In this document: positions 26,171-40,287 of the stretch, piece by piece
Layout: each line of letters begins with the position of its first letter
How positions within the stretch are numbered: the first letter of the stretch is position 1
NCBI RefSeq assembly: GCF_009914755.1
Contig: NC_060946.1
Strand: one strand, 5' to 3'
Length of the DNA: 64,000 nucleotides
DNA from: the human T2T-CHM13v2.0 reference genome, Homo sapiens
Translations under genes and position numbers: made by a program
Notes under the pieces: model-generated
The model's database searches: none
Told to the model about the DNA's origin: nothing
Seen by the model: the letters and a program-made list of their open reading frames with translations, nothing else

Positions 26171-26748
26171 CCCACCAAAAAAACACAAAAAACCCACAAA
26201 AAACCCACAGAGGAGGGTGGTGGTAATTATTAAGCAAACTCAGACTCCTTCCCCAAGTGACTACCACCACCCAGGAGGACAGAGGCCCCGGGCAGCACTC
26301 TGGTTGCAAGCCTTGAGTGGAATCTTTCGGGATGCCCACCTTTGCTCTTACTTCTGCTTATCTTTACAGACCAAGGAAAGGGAAGGTCAGGCCCTCAGAT
26401 CACAGCCCTGCTCCAGATGACTCAGCGAGGAACTCATGGGGGGATTCCCAACCTGCCCTGGCAGGCCAGGAAGCTCCAGACCACAAGCTGAGTGGGACTG
26501 GCTCCTGCCTAACCTCCACGGTCGTGGGGTAGGTTGGAAGAGCACGTGAGGGAAGCCAGATTTTCACCCCAAAGCTGCATTGCTCCCTTACCATTATGCT
26601 AAATGTCTGAGGTAAAATCTCAGAGGGTAATTTACACTCGAATTGTGAGAGCCGCCATGTTCCACAGAGCCCTTACTTTGTGACAGACACTGTGCTGGGT
26701 GCTTTACCAACAACATCTCCCTTAATCCTAACAATACTCCTGCTCCCA

Positions 26749-26906
26749 ATGCCACCGCCACACCCAGCTAATTTTTTTGTATTTTTAGTAGAGATACGGT
26801 TTCGCTATGTTGCCCAGGCTGGTCTTGAACTCCTGGACTGAAGTGATCTGTCCACCTTGGCCTCCCAGAGTACTGGGATTATAGGCATGAGCCACAGTGC
26901 CCAGCC
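26749..26906 (-). mobile_element. Alu fragment (left arm)
   Basis: Left arm plus linker. Confidence 0.88.
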
Positions 26907-27545
26907 TAGGTTCTCTTTCTTTGTGAAGCCAAGCGAAGATGAAAGGGAAAGCAGCAGCATTCTCCAAAAGTGGCTGGCCGCGGAAGATCGCTTCTGGACT
27001 CACAGTGTCCAAGGCCCAAAGCACTGAGTAGGGACAGGAGTTCTCCGAACTTATGCTCCTTCACTGGGTCACTCACGACCCAGCTACTCCTGCCTTGTCT
27101 TGGGGTACATATGAGGAGCTGTGTGTGGAGTCCTGGGACAGGAATTGTGTCATCCATCATGACAACTTAGCAACAAAAACAACCTGAAAAGCCTGGTAGG
27201 AGAAGTGCAGACACTTGGGGCTGGGCTGAAGTCCTAAGACTGGGACAGGAAGGGGAGGAGGAGAGGCCACACAGTGGTCACCAACTTTGGTAAGATGGGA
27301 AATTAGGAAGGAGGAATGCTGGGTGCCAGGCCCTGTTCCATCACTTGCTCACCCTTGGTTTCCTTATCAGGAAACAGGGTAAAATAATAGCCTACCAATT
27401 TCCCATTGCTCCTATAAGGGTTACTGAGAGGCAATGGAAATGAAAGCACTTTGCAGACTAAAGAGCTAGATAAATCAAAGCATCCCTTGATTTGATTACA
27501 TTCCCAAAGTCCTGAGGGACACCGATCCTGCACACAAAGAGAAGT

Positions 27546-28061
<516 letters not shown>

Positions 28062-28073
28062 TAGCTGTCTTCA

Positions 28074-28393
<320 letters not shown>

Positions 28394-28470
28394 CACACAT
28401 ACACACACACATACAAACTGCGTAGTTTTTATGTGGGGAAAACCGAGGTTAAAAAGATTAAGCAACTTTT

Positions 28471-28782
28471 GACCGGCATGGTGGCTCATGCCTGTAATCC
28501 CAGCATTTTGGAAGGCCAAGGTGGGTGGATCACCTGAGGTCAGGAGTTTGAGACCAACCTGGCCAACATGGCAAAACCCTGTCTCTACTAAAAATGCAAA
28601 AATTAGCCGGGCATGGTGGTGGGCACCTAAAACCCCAGCTACTCGGGAGGCTGAGGCATGAGAATCGCTTGAACCGGAAGGCAGAGGTTGCAGTGAGCCA
28701 AGATCAATTGTGCCATTTCACTCCAGCCTGCGCAAAAGAGCAAAACTCCATCTCAAAAAAACAAAACAAAACAAAACAAAAC
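28471..28782 (+). mobile_element. Alu (AluS-like)
   Basis: Both arms, TSD aagattaagcaacttt. Confidence 0.95.
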
Positions 28783-28949
28783 CAAGATTAAGCAACTTTC
28801 TCAAGGTCACACAGCTAGTTAGTGGCTCAGTAAGGCATAGGGTTAAGGTCTCCAGATCTCCGTTCAGCAGTATTTGTTTACACTATGCTCCTAATCCAAT
28901 TATCTCATTTGATCCTCACAATCCTTTGTATACAACCACACCTGGTAAC

Positions 28950-29160
28950 TTCTTTCTCTTTTTAAAATTTTTTTTAGAAATGGGGTCTCGCTCTGTCACC
29001 CAGGCTGGAGTGCAGTGGCACAATCACAGCTCACTGCAGCCTCAAACTCCCAGGCTCAGCCTCAGCCTCTGTAGTAGCTAGGACTACCGGCACGTGCCAC
29101 CATGCCCAGCTAATTTATTTTTTAGAGACAGGGTCTCACTATGTTGACCAGACTGGTTGA
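28950..29160 (-). mobile_element. Alu (AluJ-like), truncated
   Basis: Right arm plus part of left arm. Confidence 0.85.
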
Positions 29161-30182
29161 AACTACTTGTTTAATGTCTGATTTCCCTGTGAGGGCAAGA
29201 TCAGGTCTATATCCTGAGCCTAGCACAGGGCTACACATATAGTAAGTGCTGGGTGAAAAAAACTGGAAGCATTAGCCCCATGGTTGGGTGAGGGATGTGC
29301 CTAAGTCACATATTACAAAGGTCAGTGGTGGAGCCATCACTGACACTCTGACCCTGTGCCTGGTTCAGAGCCCTTTCTCAAACACTAGCCTAAAATCCAC
29401 ATTTCCAGCCAGAATCTCTCATCTCCGGATGCCACTGGTGGTGCCCCTTGTAAGTGCTGAGGGGTTTGCCTTCTCACAGGTTTTGTCCCAGCCAAGGCAC
29501 CACCTCTAAGAACAGAATAAAGGTGCTAGGTGAGGTCAAACAAGCCTCCAGTTGCCAAGTGCCTCCCCTTGATCAGTGTATGCTGTGTCCAAAGGCCCAA
29601 ACCCACCCTTCCCAGTTGCCATACCACCCTAAGGTAGGTTTTCCATGTCCTCAGGCCCCAGTCCTCTCTTCTGGTTCTCCTTGCATCCTTCCTTATCATC
29701 CAATATGTCTGCCAGGCAGAGACCAGGAAGCTCAACACCGCTTATCCTATTCCTTCCCCAACCAGGTCAGCCAACCCACTCTCCTGCTGGAAGGAGACAA
29801 AGAACCCCTTGATGTGCCCGGGGCAAGCCAGCCATACCAGGCACCTTGGGGAGCCCAGAGCTGTGACAACGCAGAGTCACAGCAGCCCACTGCCCTCTTC
29901 AGAGGAAGGCCACAGCTGGCCTTGCTTCCCTGTAGCCAGAGGGCTCCAGAATGGACTCTGTAAGAGGCCAAAGCCACTTCAGCTAGTCCAGAGCCTTCCT
30001 ACCTCTCCATCAGCCCACATGGCAGTCATGAACCAAGCCCTAATGATTTGCCAGCCTCTTTATCCTCACTGCTCCAGACCTCTTCCAGGTCTCACCACAG
30101 CCCTTTTAGGCCATCCTTGATTCTCCCAACAGGTCTCACTGCCTGCAATCCAGCTCCTCTTTATGCCGTCTTCCATGCCAGA

Positions 30183-30336
30183 CCTGGACTAACTTTTATG
30201 CAACACAGGAGGCCTCAGCCTGACATTCAAGGCTGGACTCAGACCGCCCAACCCATTTCCTGGACTAACTTTTATGCAACACAAGAGGCCTCAGCCTGAC
30301 ATTCAAGGCTAGACTGAGACTGCCCAACCCATTTCC
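30183..30336. repeat. 76-bp tandem duplication (4 mismatches)
   Basis: cctggactaacttttatgcaacac...gcccaacccattt at 30183 and 30259. Confidence 0.95.
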
Positions 30337-30352
30337 CTAACCTACCCTTGCT

Positions 30353-30418
30353 TCGTATCATTCTACTGCCTCCCGTTCTTCTTGTCGTATCATCCTACTG
30401 CCTCCCGTTCTTCTTGTC
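30353..30418. repeat. 32-bp tandem duplication (1 mismatch)
   Basis: tcgtatcatYctactgcctcccgttcttcttg at 30353 and 30385. Confidence 0.95.
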
Positions 30419-30419
30419 A

Positions 30420-30780
30420 TCTCTGCTCTTGCCACACATGCTCAAACGACTGCTTTTGGGAGGGACTTTGCACATGGGCCCCCTCTCATCCAATGGACTG
30501 CCCTGCTTTGCCTCTTCTGAAGCCTGGATCAAATGCTACTACTTTCTAGGCTCCTGTAGGTGGGGCTGGCTGCTTTTTCCTCTGTACTCCCAGAGCAACT
30601 GCATGCCTCAATGACAGCCTTCATCACTCAACACTGGAAAGATTTGTCTGTGGTTCTATTTTTCAGCAAGTCTGTGAGTGCCTTGAGGGCAATAAAACAC
30701 AGACATCTTGTTCAGTTCTATATCTCTTGTCCAAATCACAGGGTCTGACAGAGTAGGTGCTCAATAAATGTGTGGTAAAT
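30420..30780 (+). mobile_element. L2 3' remnant
   Basis: Ends in the L2-type terminus gagtaggtgctcaataaatgt. Confidence 0.6.
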
Positions 30781-32099
30781 AAGCTCACTGCTAAGATGGA
30801 TAAGCTGGCAAAAGTAAGCCTTGGTTTGCTCTCCCAGGCTGCTGGGTCTGCTGAGTATTTCTCTACCTGAAGAGGTGTTGAGTGCTAAGCTATGGCAGCC
30901 TCTGAAGACCTGGACAGGGCACAGAATGGAGTAGGGTAGGGTAGGGGGAGGAGAGACGGGAAATGGAAGGATGAGACAGAGAAAGCCAAAGTTGGCAGCT
31001 GCCCTGAAATCCTAGGTGGGGGCTTCTAAGCTGGTTAAGTATCAGGAGCATTGACTTGCCAGTGGGGTGGCCAGTACAGTGTTCTCCCTGCTGGAGAGGG
31101 TCTCTGGGCCCAGGATTGCGGCAATAGATTTACCAGGGGCAGACTAATCAGTTAAAGGAGGCCTCCTACCCCTCAAGTGTACTGTCTGCAGGATAAAGTG
31201 ATCAGCTAGGACAACGGATGGATGATGGCAGGGCTCTGCTCTAGTCGGCAATGCATCCTGAGCCTGTAGGCTCAATTACCTCGACTGAGGAAGAGAAAGG
31301 GGAAGAGAATGGTCAGTGCTATGTAGCTAGAGGAGCACTGGGTGACAGTCGGAGGACCTGGGATCCCTCTCCGGTCTGGCTCCACAGTTCACTAACAGCA
31401 AGAGTTCTCCAACCTTCAGATTCCTCACCGGTACAAGCAACATAATCCCTGCCTCATCTACAAAGTAACACTTCTTCCAAAAGGCACAGACTAGATATCA
31501 AAGTCAAATGGCCATTATGCAGCATGTTGGGGTCAAGACCAATGCAATCCGGACTCTGGCCTATGGGAGGACTAAATCAGGCCTGATCTGGCCATGCTTC
31601 CAGGACCTCTCCAAGGATTTTCCTCCCTGTGCCTTTCTCCTGCTTGATGGCCATGACCTTTCCCTGTACTGAGACCTGCTCTGCCCTCCATACTGGAAGG
31701 GGGAGGTAGCCAGATTCCTGCTAACTCCTGCCCTGGGTGTGGGGACCTCAGGGACCTTAGGGACTTAGGGACAGTAAGCACCTGGCACCCTGCCTGCTGC
31801 CACCTTAGCAAGGTGTAGTCACTACTGGATGCAGTGTCAAGAAACAGGTTCTAGTCCCAGTTCTGCCATTTACCAGCTGGCAAACCTTGGGCACTTTTTC
31901 CTCGGTCTTCAGTACGCTCATCCACAGAATGGGGATAATCACCCCTCTCAGGGGAAGTAAGGATTCACCATGGGTTAGGGTTCATTCCTGCCGACAGGGG
32001 CTGGGCCTCACTGACACTCATCATTATAGCCAAAGATGGGAAGTAGAAAATGAAAAGATAGAACCACGAGCTGCTCCAGTCTTTAAGAGGGAGAAGAAC

Positions 32100-32250
32100 A
32101 TTCACTGAGCACCTACCCTGTATTATTAGTTCATTTAAACCTCAGAATGATCCTGCAAAGTCAGTGTTATCATAACCATTCTGCAGGTGAGAAACTGAGG
32201 CTCAGAGAAGTGAAGCAACATGTCCAAGATCACACAGCCAGCCAGATTCT
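32100..32250 (-). mobile_element. MIR remnant
   Basis: gaaactgaggctcagagaagtgaagcaacatgtccaagatcacacagc. Confidence 0.7.
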
Positions 32251-33323
32251 GGCGCTTGTGTGAGGAGGGAGCACACAGTACCTTCTCTTGCCCACCTCGA
32301 TATAAACAGATTGGGTGGCTGGGCCACAGCCAGGCCTCACTGCCCCTTGGGAGGTCCTGTTTCAGGCCCAGATGCTGGTAGGACAAAACATCAAGTAGGT
32401 GCTACCATCTTATCTCTTTCCCACAGCTTAGAGTTTCCCAGCAGGCGGACACTCAGGCACCTTCCCAGGGTAGCAGCTGGTGTGCCGGCTCCCTCCTTTA
32501 CCAAGTCAGGTCTTGTCTGAGGACCTAACACTCACAGGGCCACCAAACCGGATATTCCTTCGAGGCTAAGAAGGGAAAAATGAGAGAAAATGGGAGGGCC
32601 TGCAGTCTAGAGTCACAGCCCAGGGCCCCATATGTACAAATGCCTCCTTCCAGATGGGCCACCCAGGGACCACCCCAATGCCAGCTCCATGCTCTCCTGG
32701 GATCTGTAACAGCTCAAGAAAAGTAGATGCTCTGAGTTTACTAACTAGAGAATAAGGCAAGGAGTCAGAATCTGGCCTGCCAGGAGGGCCCTGACCCCAC
32801 TCCAATAAAAACTGGCACACAATAAACTATAGGGATGCCAATTAAGCCAGTTCTATGATTTCCAAAGTTGGCTAGTAATGAAAGGCCCAGGGAATGAGAA
32901 CTAAAGAAGGCAATACTGCTATTCCAGATGTTTCTCCCTGGGCCCAGCTCAGATCCCTTGCTCCCATAACAGGAAGCCAACACCCATGGGATCCCAAAGA
33001 GCATAGCTCCTCACCTCATTTGGCCTGCAGACTGGGCGGACTGAGGCTGGATGGGAAGCTCTCAGCCTCAGGAGGCCAGACCTGACAATCACATAGGAAA
33101 AGGAGAAGAAGGTCAGGGACCACCTCTCTCAGGTCACCTCCCTCGGGCCAGGAGACCTGGTATAAAACTTGTATCCTTCTTTCCCTTCCCAACCACTTCC
33201 TCTATGCTACAGAAGGGACACCAAACAAGTCTGTTCTTCCTGCTCCAAAGTGACAGGAGGGGTATCATCACTCCTCCCACCCTTCCCTGCTGAAAACATC
33301 TTTTTCCTCAACTGGTCCTGGGC

Positions 33324-33624
<301 letters not shown>

Positions 33625-33934
33625 CTTCCTGGGCTTCAATGCCCCACTCGGTCTCCAGCCAAGCCAGAAGAACTAATGCTGTCGGCACTCTGATCTATGC
33701 CTATGCCACCCACAGGATCATTTACTGGCAAGCTGCTTTCTTGTCTGTGGCTACTACTCAAAAACAGACAGGGACCATCTCAGTCTCACTAAAGGTTCCC
33801 TGCGGAGTAGGCTCAAAAGACAGACAAGGTGAAGAAATGGAAAGGCCTAGGACTGGGAATCAGGAATTCCAGGTTTCTCACAGGCCTCCAGTTTATCCAT
33901 CTGTATGCTGATGGCCATCTCTAAGGTCACTTTC

Positions 33935-34561
<627 letters not shown>

Positions 34562-34951
34562 TGACTTGAAATGTCTCCCCGCAAATAAGTATTAATTACT
34601 CCACCGCAGGCCTGAGGAGAAAAAGGTGAATGAGCCTCTTCCCAGTCCTGAAGCTAATCAGTCTAATGAACTGGTAATGACAACATATTCTTATCCTTCT
34701 GGGCCACTTCTATTAGCCTCATATACTGCTGAGAGAGTCGAAAGTGCTGAGCTAAGTCAGGGAAGGTAAGAGCAGGCAGGTGACTGCTAAGACACTTCTG
34801 TTCTACCTGTCTGACACCTGATATCCTGCAGGGACGAAAGGCCATATTTATGGATGGTGAAGGCAGTGGAAACTGTACTGACCTGGGAGTCAGAAACCCT
34901 AAGTCCAAGTCCTAGTTCTGCCACTAATATGCTGTGATCTTAAGAAAGTTA

Positions 34952-35352
<401 letters not shown>

Positions 35353-36009
35353 TTAATCTACTCATGCCATGTAGCTAATAGTCACCTCAGTAAGGTAGCC
35401 TGTGACCTGCTTTCTTACCCCCAGGCCTGGCAACTTCCACATCCAAAATGTCTTAAGACAACCTTTGGCCCAGGGTAGCTGAAATGGACCTTTAATCTGG
35501 AGTCAGAGTCCCCACCATCTCCACAGTACCCATGAGGGCTAACGTTTCACTTCTCTAGCATAGAACATGGACTCCTAGCCTTCAACCACGAGACTGGGTT
35601 CAGGGCGGTCACCCTGAAGCTTTCCATAACTTCCCCTCTATGGCCTTGGGCAGGGACTTACTCTTGGCTTTTTTGAAACCACAATATAAATTAAGTAGGG
35701 AACATCGAAGCTTTCAGATACCAGAGATTTTAGGTTGACTGACAGGCTCCAGAAAGTGAGGGAAGGAGAGAGGACTGGAGCTGGGATCCCACCTCAGCCC
35801 CAGCCCTACAGACAGCAGCCATGTAGAGGGTGTCTGCAGAGCCACATCCCGGGTTTGTGGTTGTGGGGTAAGAAAGACAGATGTCTGGCTGCCTGGTTGG
35901 GGACTACAGCCAAAGGGAGGTGCTTCCACTGGGGCCTCACTCTGCCCACAAATACCAGAGATATGCCCTCATTTTTCTCTTCATTTCTCAGACCCTTAGA
36001 AGGAAAGAA

Positions 36010-36195
36010 AGAAAACTAACATTTTCTGGGCCGCTACTTGTGACAAGCGCTGTGCCAGGCACCTTCACGTATCATATACTCATTTAACCCCCAGAGTAAT
36101 GTTGGGAAGTGGGTGTTACTGTCGCCCTTTACAGTGAGTAAACAGGCTCAGAGATTCAGGATCTTGCCCAAGGTCACAAAGCTAGCAAGTGTAAT
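36010..36195 (-). mobile_element. MIR remnant
   Basis: tttacagtgagtaaacaggctcagaga...ttgcccaaggtcacaaagctagcaagt. Confidence 0.65.
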
Positions 36196-37749
36196 TCCTA
36201 AGTTTGGCCTTTTCCTAATATATCACATTGCTCTGCACCCCAAGATCTGGTTGATTGCCTGATAAGCATGTAGTAGGAACTCTCATGCCCTAGCATTCTC
36301 CCACAAATCTGAGCTCTTCCTTCCAAGGTCCCATAAATGCAACTGGGAACTCCTTTCCTAGATCTCAAGACCACACACCTCCCTGGGTCCTAATCCCAGG
36401 TGACTGCTCCTCAATTCAAAACACTCCAGGTCCCCACTAAGTTCTCACAAGTGAATCCCTGGGGAACTGTGACAAAGCATCAGTCAGGGTGAGGGTTCAG
36501 AATGAGGGGTGCTCTCTCTGAGTCCTGGACTAAACCTAGCCTGCTGTGAGCCAGTAGGGAGATACTGGAGGAGACAGATCCAGTGGGTGAGAGGGAACTC
36601 CCCTTAGGGGAGGGGCCTGGATTTCTCCAAGGAAGAAGGAGGCCTGGTGAATAAGAGGCTTTAGGGCTGGGGAAAATCCCGGAAGTGACAGGGGTTCTTA
36701 GACAGTTAAAGCGCTTCCATAAGTCATGAGAGAGTCTGGGGTGACCTTGGACAATCTCAATTGGTCAGAGAAAGGGAGAAAGGATATTCTCTGGAGTAGG
36801 GTCATGGCAGGGCCCCAGGAGCTCCTACTGGTGATTGGGATGGAAAGCACACATCAGGAGGGAGTCTTGTCAGTTCTGTGCACAACACTGGTCTCACGTG
36901 ACAGGACAGCTGGGATGGGAGTGGGGTATGGAGTCCATCTTTCCTAAGGGGACCGCCAGCCTGTACACATGATCTCTGAGGCCTGGGCTCGGGGGATTCT
37001 GTGGGGCAACATGGGGCCCAGCTTGGAGGCAAGGTGCTGTTCCACTGCCCCACATTTCTCTGTCTGCTAGCTGGGTGTCTGGGTGCTCTCGGGATAGGAC
37101 ATCGGGGGGTGCTAATATGAGCAGGGACCCTGCTGTCTCCCTGCCTGCCCCCGTCCCACGCCCAAGATCTGCCCTTGGGAGGAGGCGCATACATACACAG
37201 GACATACACAGAGCCCATCTACTGGCTCCTGTGGCTGCTGGAGCTGATGGTCTGTCCTAGTGGTGGGGCTCCCTGTCGCCCTGTACGTGCTGGGAAGGGG
37301 GAGTACCTGCCCACCTGTTGCCAGTGCCAGTGGAGGAAGCTGTGTATGAGCGGATAGGGGGCCCTTCTCCGACCCTTCCATGAGGAGAAGGGACTGTCTG
37401 TCCCAGGATGGAGCTGAGGGGAGGGAGGTGACCAATGTCTGTCCATCCAGAGGTCTGTATGCCTCGAGGAAAGGGTCAGTCTGTCCTGGGAAGGGGTGGG
37501 GGCGGGGCAGTCAGTCCTGAAGTCGGTCTGAGGTCTCCTGGTGTGGGGGCAGTGAGGCGGGGAGACAAGGGCGTCTGTGGGTTTGTGGGAGGGGGAAAGA
37601 TGGAGAATGAGTGTCTATGGAGGGGGGCGCCAGCCATCTGGGAGCCTGTCGGGGTGGCAGAAACAATCATCCCTAAGGTCTTGGCGGCAGGGGTGGGTTT
37701 GGGGCAGTCTGTCATTCTGTTCCACGGCTGGAAGGAGGGCACAGTCGGT

Positions 37750-38650
37750 CCTTCCTGGGAGCGGGTCAGTCTGTCCGGAGGGTGGAGGTGGCGGGTGGAG
37801 GTGTGGGCCCGTCCGCCCCCTGGGTCGGAAGTAGGACTGCGAAGGGGGCGGGTCTAGGAAGGCAGGGGTGGTGGGGGTGGGGCAGGGGAGGGAACGGGGA
37901 TTAGTGGTCCCTGCCTGGGAGGGGGACGTGTCGGCAAGTCCCGAGGGCGCCTCCGTCCGTGTCGAGGCCCCTCGCGTGGGTGGCGCGCTCAGTCCCGACC
38001 CCCGGCGCTACTCACGCGCCCTCGGCGCCCTGCGAGCCCACGATGAAGCCGAACTTGTCGATGCGGCGCTCGGCGAAGCCGTTGGCCTCCGAGTCAGACC
38101 CGAGAGAGCTGAGTTCGTCGGTGGTTGCGGCGTCGGGGCCCTGGGCCAGGCTCTCCCGGGTTCCCGACAGGCTTTCCCCGGCCGCGGGCGCGCGCGGCCC
38201 ATTCTCTCCGTTGCTCTTCGCCATCCCAGCCGCGCCCGCCGCCTGAGCTCCAGCGGCCACCTCAGCCGCCCTGCTGCCGCCGACGCCCCGCCCACGCGCG
38301 GCGCCTATTGGCCGCCGCAAGGCCGGGGGGCGGGGCTCCAGGCCCACCCCGGAGCTCTCCCCCCACGCCCAATGGGCGCCGCGGACCCCGGGCCCCGCCC
38401 ACCCTCCCCCGGCGGGCGCCAACAAGCCCGAAGTGAGGGGGCGGGGCAGCCGTCACCGCAGCCCTCCCCGCCCTCCTCCGGGCTGCCAATCACAAGAACT
38501 CACCTGGACGAGCTCGGGCCTTTCCGGGTTGGCTCCAAGCGGGGCCTGTCACCTACTGCAGAGCGCGAGCCGGAGGCCCAGGGCTTCCTCCATGGATTCC
38601 TCATCTGCCTCCTGAGCCCCGCTCCTTGCGAGACCCCAAGGACGTGGTAG
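37750..38650 (-). promoter_or_regulatory. TBC1D10A: CpG-island promoter of TBC1D10A
   Basis: Dense CpG; CCAAT boxes at 38307-38311 (minus), 38369-38373 and 38486-38490; multiple GC boxes; no obvious TATA. Confidence 0.88.
38016..38224 (-). CDS. TBC1D10A: TBC1D10A (EPI64) coding exon 1
   Basis: ATG in strong context (GGGATGG); [13 protein letters not shown]...[17 protein letters not shown](A); donor GC|gtgagt; 209 nt. Confidence 0.97.
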
Positions 38651-38879
38651 GGATTGTTTGCCCCATTCATTTATGAGGAACTCTGAGGAGGCCCAAGTGA
38701 GTTCAGGGACGCAGAGCGGCTTAAAGGCCCAGCCTGAGCCAGAAGTCTGGCAGTCCCATTGCACTCACTGCTTCTGGGGCTTTAAATTACCTCGTGAGAC
38801 CTAATTATTAATAATCACCAGCGTTTACTGAGCCACGCACGCCCGAAGCTCTACCTACTTTCTCCTGTAGTCTTTTCCC

Positions 38880-39545
38880 CAGCAGTTTTATGGAACATAA
38901 ACATACCATAAATTCACGTTTAAAGTGTACAATGATTTTTAGCATATTTACAGAGTTGTGCAGCCATCACAACATTCTAATTTTAGAACATTTTCATCAC
39001 CCCAAAAAGAAACTCCTACCAATTAGCAGTCACTCCGCATCCTGGCTCCCCCAGTCCCTGGCAACCACTAATCTGCTTCCTGTTTCTATAGATGTCCCTT
39101 TTCTGGATATTTCATATAAATGGAATTATACAATATATGGCCTTTTATGTCTGGATTCTTTCTCTTGAACATTTTCAAGTTTCATCCACATTGTAGCATG
39201 TATCAGTGCTTCTGGATTCACATCTGCCCCAGGTATGTCTGACTCCACCCCTCCCTTTCCTGGGATAGGCCCACACCGCCATGAAAGACCTATACTGCCC
39301 CTCCTGGGAGCTGGGACTATACCAGATTTTGTTTTTCCATTCATCAGTGATGGTCATTCGCGTGTTTCTAGTTTTTAGCCATTATGAATAATGCTGCTCT
39401 GACCATTCAGGTACAAGCTTTTGTGTGGGGGCCTTATGTTTACATTTCTCTTGGATAGATAAGGAAGAGTGGAATTGCTGGGTCATATGGCAACTGTTTA
39501 ACCTTTCGAGGAACTGGCAAACTGTTTTCCAAATTGGTTGCAACA
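38880..39545 (-). mobile_element. L1M (L1MB-like) 3' fragment, interrupted at ~39213-39317
   Basis: tttaaagtgtacaa...gaacattttcatcaccccaaaaagaaac...ggcaaccactaatctgctt...aatggaattatacaatatatgg...tgaataatgctgct...ggaattgctgggtcatatgg. Confidence 0.85.
39217..39317. repeat. Inverted repeat arm 1 (partner at 40186-40287)
   Basis: 101 bp; 6 substitutions + 1 indel against the reverse complement of arm 2. Confidence 0.95.
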
Positions 39546-40185
39546 TGTCTTGTAATCTCTTAGCAATGAGGTATACACCATTATTAGTCCCATTTTACAG
39601 TTAAGGAGACTGAGGTAAAGTCAGTTGCCTAAGGTCCCAGAATTAGCTGTGAATATAGCCAGGATTCGAACTTAGCTCTTACCAACTGCCTATATTTGGA
39701 GGGATGGGCCGATTTTATCTATATGGGCTTAGCCCCAAGCAGCTGATTTCTGACCCTAGAGATTGTCAACTCTTGGATCTATAATATAATGATAGCTCCT
39801 CGCTTATGTCTAGTACTTTATGGTTTACAAGTCACAGTATATTGTCATCTGACACTCCCTGCAGACCTGTGGGAGAGACAGGCCTAGAGAGGGGAAGGGA
39901 CTGGAAGACTCAGACCTGGCTGCAGGGCCTGGGACAGACTATTCAGGGCCCCAAGGCAAGCCCCAAGAGGGGGTCTTGAGCCTTGAGTGATTTCACCTTG
40001 ATGCCATGTGGCCTGGACATTCTTGATGGCGTCATTGTACAATCCTCACATTCCATGAGCTTCTGGCTTTCCATAAACAAGGCAAGAACAGACATGGGAG
40101 TGGGCACAGGCTATTTTGGTCTTAAACCCTCAGTCTAGGAGGATGTTCCTTCTCTTCAGTGACTCCAGACAGTGGTGGGCTCCTG

Positions 40186-40287
40186 GTCCCAGCTCCCAGG
40201 AGGGGCGGTATGGGTCTTTCATGGTGGTATGGGCCTATCCCAGGAAAGGGAGGGGGAGGAGCCAGACATACCTGGGGCAGATGTGAA
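40186..40287. repeat. Inverted repeat arm 2 (partner at 39217-39317)
   Basis: 102 bp; hand alignment. Confidence 0.95.

Noticed and set aside
37868-38650. 260-aa + strand ORF over TBC1D10A exon 1
   Set aside because: GTG start, antisense shadow in a CpG island, low-complexity G/A/P/R composition, no recognisable domain
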